Shown here one piece after another: positions 1 through 7,341 of a DNA stretch of 36,528 bases. The notes under the pieces were generated by a model. It saw only the letters and a list, made by a program, of their open reading frames with translations, was not told where the DNA came from and made no database searches. The position numbers were made by a program, and so were the translations under genes. The stretch covers positions 1-36,528 of the forward strand of contig QNVF01000010.1 in the NCBI GenBank assembly GCA_004347965.1, given 5' to 3'. This DNA is from Candidatus Nezhaarchaeota archaeon WYZ-LMO8. Lineage in GTDB: Archaea; Thermoproteota; Methanomethylicia; Nezhaarchaeales; WYZ-LMO8. The first letter of the stretch is position 1; every line of letters starts with the position of its first letter.

Positions 1-51
1 GGCAAGACCTAAAAGAGCAAACATTAAGCCCATTGTAAGTAGCTTCCTCAT
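1..51 (-). CDS. 5' end of a gene running off the window (MRKLLTMGLMFALLGLA...); possibly ATP synthase proteolipid subunit K/c with an N-terminal hydrophobic segment
   Basis: ATG at 51 on the minus strand, open to the window edge; basic-then-hydrophobic N-terminus; TATA-like GATATAAA about 40 nt upstream; lies beside the ATP synthase genes. Only 17 codons are visible, so the identity rests on context. Confidence 0.35.
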   Translation of the reverse strand, partial: MRKLLTMGLMFALLGLA

Positions 52-143
52 AGCACATACCCCTATCGCGGAATTCCATGTTACTAGCTTTATATCAATT
101 TCTACCTCTACGTGACCAATAATTCATCGATGTGGAAGATCAG

Positions 144-404
144 CTAATCTTTTACCTCATTAGCTCTAGGTCGAAGATCTAAGCGAATCCTTTCTAGTAA
201 CCTTAAGGTAATAATAGTTCCAGCTCCAAAACCTGCTAAGCCAAATAATGTCATTAGCAGAGCTCTTACGAATACATGTAGAGTTTTAAATAAGAAGAGG
301 GCTAGGACCGTCAAGGAAATAGTGAATAAAGGAACTATAAGACCTATAGCTAAGGCCTTGATCATAGCCGCTATAATGCGCTTTCTTACCTCGTTCTCTA
401 CCAT
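144..404 (-). CDS. Small two-TM membrane protein, weakly AtpZ/AtpI (ATPase_gene1)-like
   Basis: Two hydrophobic helices (ALAIGLIVPLFTISLTVLALFLF; ALLMTLFGLAGFGAGTIITL) followed by a basic tail; sits in the ATP synthase cluster. Confidence 0.55.
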   Translation of the reverse strand: MVENEVRKRIIAAMIKALAIGLIVPLFTISLTVLALFLFKTLHVFVRALLMTLFGLAGFGAGTIITLRLLERIRLDLRPRANEVKD

Positions 405-470
405 AAGCCTAGCTTGGGATCTCGCTGAGATAAGCTTTTACCTATTTCTTAGAAACTCTGTTCAGAGAGA

Positions 471-1610
471 ATGAAGGTAAGTGGTGAGGATTTAAGGAAG
501 GCTCTTATAGCACTAAGCTTCGGACTGGAGCCTGTAATCTTCGCGATAGTTGGATGGTATGCTGGACCTTACTTGAAGCTTACTAACGTGATGGGGGCCT
601 TAATAGGGGTTATTGTGGGCTTCGGGATAATGTTTTGGCGTATTTGGAAGTTTAGTTTGACGTTAGGGCTCAAAGTTAAGTATGACCCTGAGAGAGAGAA
701 TTTAAGATCTCTAATATCGCTTGTAGAGGTGGAACGCTATAAGATAATGAATAGGTATGATATTGCAAGGATAATGGGTGCAAGAGGTTCGCTACAATTG
801 CTAAATGTACTGAAGAATTTATCGCTTATAGAACTTGATTTTTACGATTTAATCAAGCTAAATGACGTTTTAGACGAGATAACAGATTTTTCGAAGGTAC
901 TTATCGATATTCGAATACGATCACCCATAGAGCTTCTAAAAGTAATGGACGACTTTAACGATTTCATAGTAACCTTATGTGCTAACTTCGCTTTTCGATA
1001 CGAAGTTTATGGTGATGAAGTAGCTAGAGGCTATGTGGTTACGCCATTTAAATTGAGAAGAGAGACTCAGAGTCTCTTACGAGAAGACTTGAAAGATTAC
1101 TTGGCTAGTGATGATATTAGGGGACTATATCCCAAAGCTCTAGAGGAAGCTCTTACTATTGGCTCAAGAGGTCCCTTGCTTGCGCTCGCTGCCTACTCCC
1201 TCTTAAAGATCGGAAAAGACCTTGAGGTTACTAAGTATGCCTACGTGTACTCCAACGAGATAAGAGAGCTTGCTTACAAGCTGTTCTCAATAGCTATTGA
1301 TGATTTGAGGAGAGAAGATAAGAAGTCTATGGTAGTAGAAGTTGTGAAACAAAAGATTGAGGAAAACAAAGTTCTCCTTAAAAGAGAGGAAGGTGTTGCT
1401 GAAAAAGAGGAGGAAGTGCTAAGAAACTTCATAAACAACGCTTACAGGTCTTTAAGAGAACCAAGTAGAGTACCCCTTACTGCTAAAGCTGTGCTCTCTT
1501 ACCTATTTGTTAAATGGAGCGAAAAAGTTAGTTTAAAGCTGGCTTTCATGGTTGTAAATAATGAAGTCACCCCTCAAAAAGCCTACGAATCGCTAGTCAT
1601 TCCCTACTAA
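471..1610 (+). CDS. atpC: A/V-type ATP synthase subunit C (d/AC39 family) with a fused N-terminal AtpZ/AtpI-like membrane hairpin
   Basis: C-terminus PLTAKAVLSYLFVKWSEKVSLKLAFMVVNNEVTPQKAYESLV fits the subunit C ending (pl...vl.Yl..Ke.E..nl..i......); aa ~76-115 fit the subunit C N-terminal helices; aa ~10-60 form two TM helices; adjacent to subunit I. Confidence 0.7.
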   Translation: MKVSGEDLRKALIALSFGLEPVIFAIVGWYAGPYLKLTNVMGALIGVIVGFGIMFWRIWKFSLTLGLKVKYDPERENLRSLISLVEVERYKIMNRYDIARIMGARGSLQLLNVLKNLSLIELDFYDLIKLNDVLDEITDFSKVLIDIRIRSPIELLKVMDDFNDFIVTLCANFAFRYEVYGDEVARGYVVTPFKLRRETQSLLREDLKDYLASDDIRGLYPKALEEALTIGSRGPLLALAAYSLLKIGKDLEVTKYAYVYSNEIRELAYKLFSIAIDDLRREDKKSMVVEVVKQKIEENKVLLKREEGVAEKEEEVLRNFINNAYRSLREPSRVPLTAKAVLSYLFVKWSEKVSLKLAFMVVNNEVTPQKAYESLVIPY

Positions 1611-4062
1611 AGCTTGATAGGCTTAAACTTATGGTGAATGGTTGGAATGGAGTACCATCAGCTATGAGGAACTTTGTTCCATGCTCAACCCAGTGAAGCC
1701 TCAGAGCTTGGAAGAAGACGAATATTATCTCGAAGAAGACGAAGAATATAGTTCCGGCTATTGCACCTATGAAGGGCACTCCAATCATTGCGTAAAGGCC
1801 TTCATCAATCGACAAGAAGACGTGAGAAAGGACCGCGTGTACTAGCGCAAAAGCGAAGAGCCTAGCATACGATATTGTGTTTGATAGTGATGCTATGAAG
1901 TTATCAAGGCTTTCACTAATACCGTCTAATAATCCCATGAAAATGATTCTAATAATCATCATCGCTATAAAGGGCATCCATATGAAGATTATGGTGTCTA
2001 AGTATCCTTCAAGAACCGCGCTAACCAGCCTTCCACGATAAATAATGAAGGCAGTGGCAACACTCGCATAAAGCCAAAGCCAAAGGCCTGGCCCCATTAT
2101 TGTCTCCTTGTATTCTCTAAGTCTCACCCTATTTATCACCGAAAATACTAGGCCTAACGTTATATGAAATATCGCTATGTATATTGATAACTTTATGAGG
2201 GCTTTCGCCCCCTCAGCCTCTAACATGTCAAATCCTTGAGGTAAGCCTAGAGCTGAAAGTATGGTTGCTCTAAGAGTAGCTAATGGATCGCTGTTGAGGG
2301 GATCGAAGTTAAAGAGCTTGAGTGGGTGGTAGTGTTCAGGATGTGGATCAAGTTTTCCGAAGAATTCGCCAAACGCTATGCCGAAGATTATTGAAGTTAT
2401 GGCGCAAGCTATTATTACAGGTGCTCCTTGAACAATGTAATTTGTTAGCTCGCCTCCTCTATAGCCTTTTTTCTTAAGATAGTAGAGAGGTATGGAAAGA
2501 ATTAAGAGAACCAGTCCATGTCCTACGTCAGGGAACATCAAACCGAAGAATATCGGAAACGTGAAGAACCATATGATTGTGGGGTCTATTTCTTTGTAAT
2601 TGAGTGTGCCTAGGCCCTTTACGAGTCCTTCATAAACTCTAGCCCACTTGGGGTTTCTCATCAATGATGGAATTTTAATTTCATGAACAGCTTTAATGGC
2701 TGTCTCCTTCTTCACCTTAACTTTTATGGGGCGGCTCACCTCTATGCAAGCGAAGTTGTTACTGGATGCCTCTTTGACCAATAATTTCGCTTTTTCAACA
2801 TCTTCCTTAGCTACAGATATTTGAATTATTGCCATGTTATCCGTGGCAACCATTTTCAACCTCTTCTCTTCAACCATTCGAGCTCCTTCAATCAACCTTT
2901 TAAACTCTATTAATTGATCTCCCTTCTCCCTCTTTATCTCATCTAGGAGGGCATGTATTTTTGCACTTTCATCCGACAGTTGAAGCACCATGCTTCTTAT
3001 GGTTCCTTTGATGTCCTGGGCTATCACCTCAGCTAACTGTATTTGTGGCGTGACCAAAGCTGAAACATCGCTTTCAAGCCTTGAAGCCGTATCCATAGAC
3101 TTCTTTATGCTTTCAAGCCTTGAGGAGAGGGAGAAGACTTCCTTCTCAATCGATGAAACAATAGAATCTATTTCGTTTATCCTCTCATCAAGTAATGGTT
3201 CACTAATTGGTTTCACATCTTGAGGTGGACGTAGTCCGAGCATAGACAGTAGCACGTCAAGTCTCGAAGATAGAGAGGAAAGCCTGAAGAGGTTGGGTGA
3301 AGGCTCAAGAGGTTTAACTTTATCTTCAAACTCTGCATAGGATAAGCTTCTAAGGTCGATAACGGAGTGCTCAAGCTTTGATAAGGCGTAAAGAATATTT
3401 TCTACATACTCTTTAGGTACGTAAAATCTAAGGTTCACTACCTCGTGCTTTTCTTCCTCAGGTTTCTCGAATAAGTGCGTTTTCTCGTGAAATTCAGGTT
3501 CCTCGTACTTAACTACGTGACAACCATAGCTCGCTTTCTCAACTACCTTGACAAAAGACTTTAAGAGGGTCTTTGGCAACCAACCTGTGAAAACCGCAAC
3601 TGCAGCAGTCTCTGCAGCCTTTGCTTTAGCTGACTCTATGGTCTCTAAGACCTTCAACGATGTGATAAGTTTTGAGATCTTTTCTCCATGTTCCTTTTTT
3701 ACCCTCTCTGCAATTAGCTCATCACCTGTAACCAGTGACCTCTCTAAGGCATCAACGTAGGCTTCAGAGTCTAGGAGGGAGATCGAGAATATCTCCTCTT
3801 CAGCTAAGCTTTCAAGGGAGTATGAGGGTAGCTTTATGGTTGATACTAGCTTCTCAAGTTTAGAGATTAATGAGGATATTCTATAGAGGATTGATGAAAC
3901 GTCAAAAGGTCTTAAGATGCCCTTAGCCACTTCTTCAGGGAAATCTTCTTTTACATCCGTTAAGTGAAGAAAGCCTTCTTTGCCTACATGAAAGAGGACC
4001 TTGGCCAGATGATCTTTGAGGACATAAACCTTGACCTTGATCAGTGGCGTCATTGTAAGCAC
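1597..4062 (-). CDS. atpI: A/V-type ATP synthase subunit I (a), elongated at 821 aa; start may be the ATG at 4053
   Basis: Motifs EIDPT, FFGLMFPDVGHG, SNTISYARLFA (essential Arg) and ALRLHWVE...F.PF; hydrophobic C-terminal half. Confidence 0.95.
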   Translation of the reverse strand: MLTMTPLIKVKVYVLKDHLAKVLFHVGKEGFLHLTDVKEDFPEEVAKGILRPFDVSSILYRISSLISKLEKLVSTIKLPSYSLESLAEEEIFSISLLDSEAYVDALERSLVTGDELIAERVKKEHGEKISKLITSLKVLETIESAKAKAAETAAVAVFTGWLPKTLLKSFVKVVEKASYGCHVVKYEEPEFHEKTHLFEKPEEEKHEVVNLRFYVPKEYVENILYALSKLEHSVIDLRSLSYAEFEDKVKPLEPSPNLFRLSSLSSRLDVLLSMLGLRPPQDVKPISEPLLDERINEIDSIVSSIEKEVFSLSSRLESIKKSMDTASRLESDVSALVTPQIQLAEVIAQDIKGTIRSMVLQLSDESAKIHALLDEIKREKGDQLIEFKRLIEGARMVEEKRLKMVATDNMAIIQISVAKEDVEKAKLLVKEASSNNFACIEVSRPIKVKVKKETAIKAVHEIKIPSLMRNPKWARVYEGLVKGLGTLNYKEIDPTIIWFFTFPIFFGLMFPDVGHGLVLLILSIPLYYLKKKGYRGGELTNYIVQGAPVIIACAITSIIFGIAFGEFFGKLDPHPEHYHPLKLFNFDPLNSDPLATLRATILSALGLPQGFDMLEAEGAKALIKLSIYIAIFHITLGLVFSVINRVRLREYKETIMGPGLWLWLYASVATAFIIYRGRLVSAVLEGYLDTIIFIWMPFIAMMIIRIIFMGLLDGISESLDNFIASLSNTISYARLFAFALVHAVLSHVFLSIDEGLYAMIGVPFIGAIAGTIFFVFFEIIFVFFQALRLHWVEHGTKFLIADGTPFQPFTISLSLSSFSRE

Positions 4063-4113
4063 TTGAGGTCCCCCTTATAGTGCTCATGCGCTACTTCCCT
4101 TAGAAGAAAAGAA

Positions 4114-4121
4114 TTTATAAA
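4114..4121. promoter_or_regulatory. Palindromic TATA box (TTTATAAA) between the divergent atpI and atpH/atpE units
   Basis: TTTATAAA preceded on + by purine-rich AAGAAAAGAA (BRE-like); roughly central in the divergent gap. Confidence 0.5.
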
Positions 4122-4155
4122 CTTTGCTAAGCGGAGAAGTAGCTGCCGGATCACC

Positions 4156-4494
4156 GTGGAGGTTCTCGGCATGGACGAAGTCCTAGGTCGTATAATTGAG
4201 GCTGAAAGAGAGGCAAGAAGAATAATCGATAGTGCTTATGAGGAAGCAAAGAGGTTAGAGGCTGAGGCGAGAGTAAGAGCTGAAGAACAAGCAAAAATTG
4301 TTTACAATGAGGTCATTCAGCGAGCAATGAGAGAAGCTGAAGAAGAAGTCAGGAGGATAGAAGAAGACACTAAACGCGAGATCGAAAGAATAGAAGAAGG
4401 GCTGCTTACGGAGATCAGAAAGTTGGAAAGGTTGGTCTCTAAAAATTTCGAGAAGGCTGTAAATTTGCTGTTGATTGAGGTGTTAAGGCCATAA
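4156..4494 (+). CDS. atpH: A/V-type ATP synthase peripheral stalk subunit H (G-like); likely start ATG at 4171
   Basis: E/A/R/K-rich coiled coil (IIEAEREARRIIDSAYEEAK) ending NFEKAVNLLLIEVL; directly upstream of subunit E. Confidence 0.8.
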   Translation: MEVLGMDEVLGRIIEAEREARRIIDSAYEEAKRLEAEARVRAEEQAKIVYNEVIQRAMREAEEEVRRIEEDTKREIERIEEGLLTEIRKLERLVSKNFEKAVNLLLIEVLRP

Positions 4495-4513
4495 TTCCTC
4501 AGGAGGGGACATA

Positions 4514-5158
4514 ATGTCCCTTGTTGGAGACTTAGAAAAACTTACAAGTACTATCATAGAGAGAGCCAAAGATGAGGCAAGGAACATAATAGCTAAGGCT
4601 AGAGAAGAAGCCGAGGAAGTCGTAAAGAAGGCTGTGGAAGAAGCTAGAAGAAAAGCAGAGATTGAAGCCTCAGAAATGATGAGAAGGAGAAGGGAAGAAG
4701 CTCTTAGTCGAAGGAGGAGTGAGGTAGCTAAAGCACGTGCGGATGCATATAGAAGGCTTCTAGATCACAAAGAGAAGCTTATAGAAAAAGTCGTTGAAGA
4801 AGCTAAGAAGAGACTTCAAAACATCGTTGAGTCTAAGGATTATGAAAGGGCACTCGTAGGAATGCTTAAAGAAGCTGTAAAGGTTCTTGGAGGAGGGATG
4901 ATCGAGGTAAAGCTTAACAAAAGGGATGCAAGGCTAGGATTGAGCTTAGCCGATATAGCTAAGGAGATAGCGCGAGAACTTGGAGAACCTGTAGAATTAA
5001 GATTATCAAGTGAGCTAGGGGATTTCATGGGCGGTCTCATGGCCAAGTCCCTCAAAGTCGAAATAGAAGTCGACTACACAATAGAAGGCATTCTTGAAAG
5101 GAAGTGGAGGAAGCTTAGAAGCGAAGTCGCAAAGCTGCTATTCTCTGAAGAAGATTAG
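4514..5158 (+). CDS. atpE: A/V-type ATP synthase subunit E
   Basis: N-terminal coiled coil, then a globular domain with N.RD, MGGL and VDYTIEGIL...LRSEVAKLLF; SD-like AGGAGG upstream. Confidence 0.92.
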   Translation: MSLVGDLEKLTSTIIERAKDEARNIIAKAREEAEEVVKKAVEEARRKAEIEASEMMRRRREEALSRRRSEVAKARADAYRRLLDHKEKLIEKVVEEAKKRLQNIVESKDYERALVGMLKEAVKVLGGGMIEVKLNKRDARLGLSLADIAKEIARELGEPVELRLSSELGDFMGGLMAKSLKVEIEVDYTIEGILERKWRKLRSEVAKLLFSEED

Positions 5159-5270
5159 TCATGGACAGTAGCACTGTTCACTTCACAATGAGAGACCCCG
5201 AATAAGGATTGAGCTCGTAAAGATAACATAGGCGGTTACTTTATTACACAGATCGTAAAAACGGTTTACA

Positions 5271-5732
5271 ATGCACACAAAACTTGATGAAATAGATAAG
5301 GCGATATTAAGAGAACTGGTAAACGATGCTAGAATATCGTTTAGGGAGATAGCTAAAAGAATAGGCGTCTCCACGGCCACTGTAGCTAGTAGGGTAAAGA
5401 GGATGGAGGAGGAGGGCGTAATAAAGGGCTATACAACCGTGGTTGATGCAGAGAAATTAGGTTATGACGTTGCTGCTTTAATAGAAGTTGTGATCTCCAA
5501 GGGGAAGGTTGTAGACATCGAAGACGAAATCGCAAAAATACCTAACGTGCAGGCCGTCTACGACGTTACTGGACAAAGCGATGCCATTATAATAGCTAGG
5601 TTCAAGTCGAGAGCTGAGCTCAGCAAGTTTGTAAAGAAGCTGTTGTCTATGGAGCATGTTGAGAGAACGATAACTCACGTAGTCTTAGGTGTGAGAAAAG
5701 AGAATTTCTCCATGAAGTTGCTAATCGACTGA
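5271..5732 (+). CDS. Lrp/AsnC family transcriptional regulator
   Basis: LDEIDKAILRELVNDARISFREIAKRIGVSTATVASRVKRMEEEGVIKGY HTH followed by a RAM domain (VYDVTGQSD). Confidence 0.95.
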   Translation: MHTKLDEIDKAILRELVNDARISFREIAKRIGVSTATVASRVKRMEEEGVIKGYTTVVDAEKLGYDVAALIEVVISKGKVVDIEDEIAKIPNVQAVYDVTGQSDAIIIARFKSRAELSKFVKKLLSMEHVERTITHVVLGVRKENFSMKLLID

Positions 5733-6024
5733 TCAACGTTACATGCGTCTTCATTACAGTATCCATTAATCTTCCTTTTAAAAATTTAAGTAAACTTTCA
5801 ATTACAACAAATAGAACGTTTGCTAAAGCTATCCACATGAGACTTGCAAGCACCTTATAGACTCAGCTGGTTGACCCTTCCTCACCATTCGGCCAAGGCT
5901 GAACTCTTCATAACCACAGTAAGTAGATAGAAAATAATCATAATCTAATATAAGTAGAAAACCTAAATCCGTCTTTCTCCTTTACAACTTAGGCGTTGTC
6001 AATTAAGACCACACAGGAATTAAA

Positions 6025-6100
6025 TGGTAGCCCGGGGGAGATTCGAACTCCCGTCGACGGGGCCAAAGCCCGCCATGCTTGGCCGCTACACCACCGGGCT
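6025..6100 (-). tRNA. tRNA-Gln(UUG), intronless, CCA encoded
   Basis: Reverse complement AGCCCGG...GCGGG-CT-TTG-GC-CCCGT...GGGAG-TTCGAAT-CTCCC-CCGGGCT-A-CCA; the A1-U72 pair is typical of archaeal tRNA-Gln. Confidence 0.96.
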
Positions 6101-6127
6101 TCATTATTTACGTGAAGGGTGAAGGGT

Positions 6128-6135
6128 AATTTAAA
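6128..6135 (-). promoter_or_regulatory. Putative TATA box for tRNA-Gln
   Basis: TTTAAATT on the minus strand about 30 nt upstream of the mature tRNA 5' end. Confidence 0.4.
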
Positions 6136-6189
6136 GTTTAACATTGTGAGGAAAGAAGAGGGTTATGGTTTCTTCGAGCCATCAGTTTC

Positions 6190-6372
6190 TTACTCGATTA
6201 TCTGTATCGCTTGGTTGGGACATTGTGCTTCGCATGCCCTACATGCAAGACATGCATCCTTATTGACTATTTCAACCTTTCCTTCCTTCATCTCGTAGAC
6301 GCCTACTGGACATACTGAAACGCATGTACCACAATTCGTGCACTTCCCTCGGTCTATCACTATCTCCACCAT
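6190..6372 (-). CDS. 2[4Fe-4S] dicluster ferredoxin (60 aa)
   Basis: Two CxxCxxCxxxCP motifs (CTNCGTCVSVCP, CLACRACEAQCP); ATG at 6372 preferred to the track's start at 6387. Confidence 0.93.
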   Translation of the reverse strand: MVEIVIDRGKCTNCGTCVSVCPVGVYEMKEGKVEIVNKDACLACRACEAQCPNQAIQIIE

Positions 6373-6766
6373 GATACAACCCCACACTTATTTTTGCAGC
6401 TTAGATTTTAAGCTATTGTTCTGCTGTTCTTTTAAGTTCAAGTTGTGCACTATTCTTCAGCACGCAATACTTCACAAAATCTCATGCTCGTCGAACTGGT
6501 CTCAGTGTAACCTGTCTCTTCTAAACGGGGGAAAGGACATTCTAAAAGAGTCTACCAGGAGACGTCGTCTAAAATAAGTTTCATGAGTTGTCGGCATTAT
6601 ACGTACGCTATGTAGAAGTTAGCCTCATTACGTCATCCTAATCCATCTAATATCTCCTCGAAAACGCTATCTTCAATTCCTTTGACAGGTCATCTAACTT
6701 AAGCTTTTTAAGGTCGCCAGCAAGCTATCTCTTTGCTGACCAAACAACGATGGAGGGTATGATTTA

Positions 6767-7063
6767 TTGAGCGAGCTTAAGAGGAAAGTTAGAGAAACTT
6801 TAGAGAAGGTGATAGATCCCGAGACTGGAATGAATGTCGTAGAAATGGGCTGTATTAGAAGCATAAATGAGGAGAATGGTGAAGTAACCATTGAGTTTAC
6901 ACCTACATCCCCCTTCTGTCCAATAGCCTTCCACCTAGCCTACTCAATTAAAGAAGCTGCTGAGAAGGTTGAAGGAGTCAAGAGGGTGAAGGTTTTTAGT
7001 CGAGGACACGTGATGGATGAGCAAATTAATGAGTATGTCAATAAGTTGGGGAGCAATCCATGA
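6767..7063 (+). CDS. DUF59/SufT/MIP18-like metal-sulfur cluster assembly factor
   Basis: VIDPETGMNVVEMG and TPTSPFCP signature motifs. Confidence 0.9.
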   Translation: MSELKRKVRETLEKVIDPETGMNVVEMGCIRSINEENGEVTIEFTPTSPFCPIAFHLAYSIKEAAEKVEGVKRVKVFSRGHVMDEQINEYVNKLGSNP

Positions 7064-7341
7064 AAGTCAAGGTGAAGTTCTTCGCTTTAATAAGAGAGGT
7101 AACAGGGGTCAAGGAGGTAGAAGAAGAAGTAGAGGACGGTGTAACTGTTAGGAAATTGTTAGAGAAACTTTGTGAAAAGATGCCTAAAAAATTTCAGAAT
7201 TTCATTTTTAATGGTCGAGAAGTCTCAAAGAATCTAATAATTTTGGTGAACCGCAAAGGTATAAGAGAACTTGACGGTTTAGAAACGAAGCTCAAAGATG
7301 GCGATGAAGTAGCGCTCTTACCTCCAGTAAGCGGTGGCTAA
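7060..7341 (+). CDS. MoaD/ThiS-family ubiquitin-like sulfur carrier (SAMP-like)
   Basis: MKVKVKFFA start, LKDGDEVALLPPVSGG C-terminal diglycine; ATGA overlap with the DUF59 gene. Confidence 0.93.
   Translation: MKVKVKFFALIREVTGVKEVEEEVEDGVTVRKLLEKLCEKMPKKFQNFIFNGREVSKNLIILVNRKGIRELDGLETKLKDGDEVALLPPVSGG

Noticed and set aside
4156..4830. GAAGAAGC-like low-complexity repeats in atpH/atpE
   Set aside because: Explained by E/A/K/R-rich coiled-coil coding; not a DNA repeat or CRISPR array.
5733..6024. AT-rich stretch after the tRNA-Gln 3' end, plus the 68-aa ORF 5647..5853, as an integrated-element remnant
   Set aside because: No integrase, and no duplicated tRNA 3' end (att site) seen in the window; the ORF overlaps the Lrp gene and has no recognisable motif.
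6489..6564. Archaeal SECIS-like GAA/GA internal loop, or a Moco riboswitch upstream of the MoaD-like gene
   Set aside because: The apical region is far too long for a SECIS and no neighbouring gene has an in-frame TGA; the resemblance to the Moco RNA is limited to a GGAAAGGA stretch.
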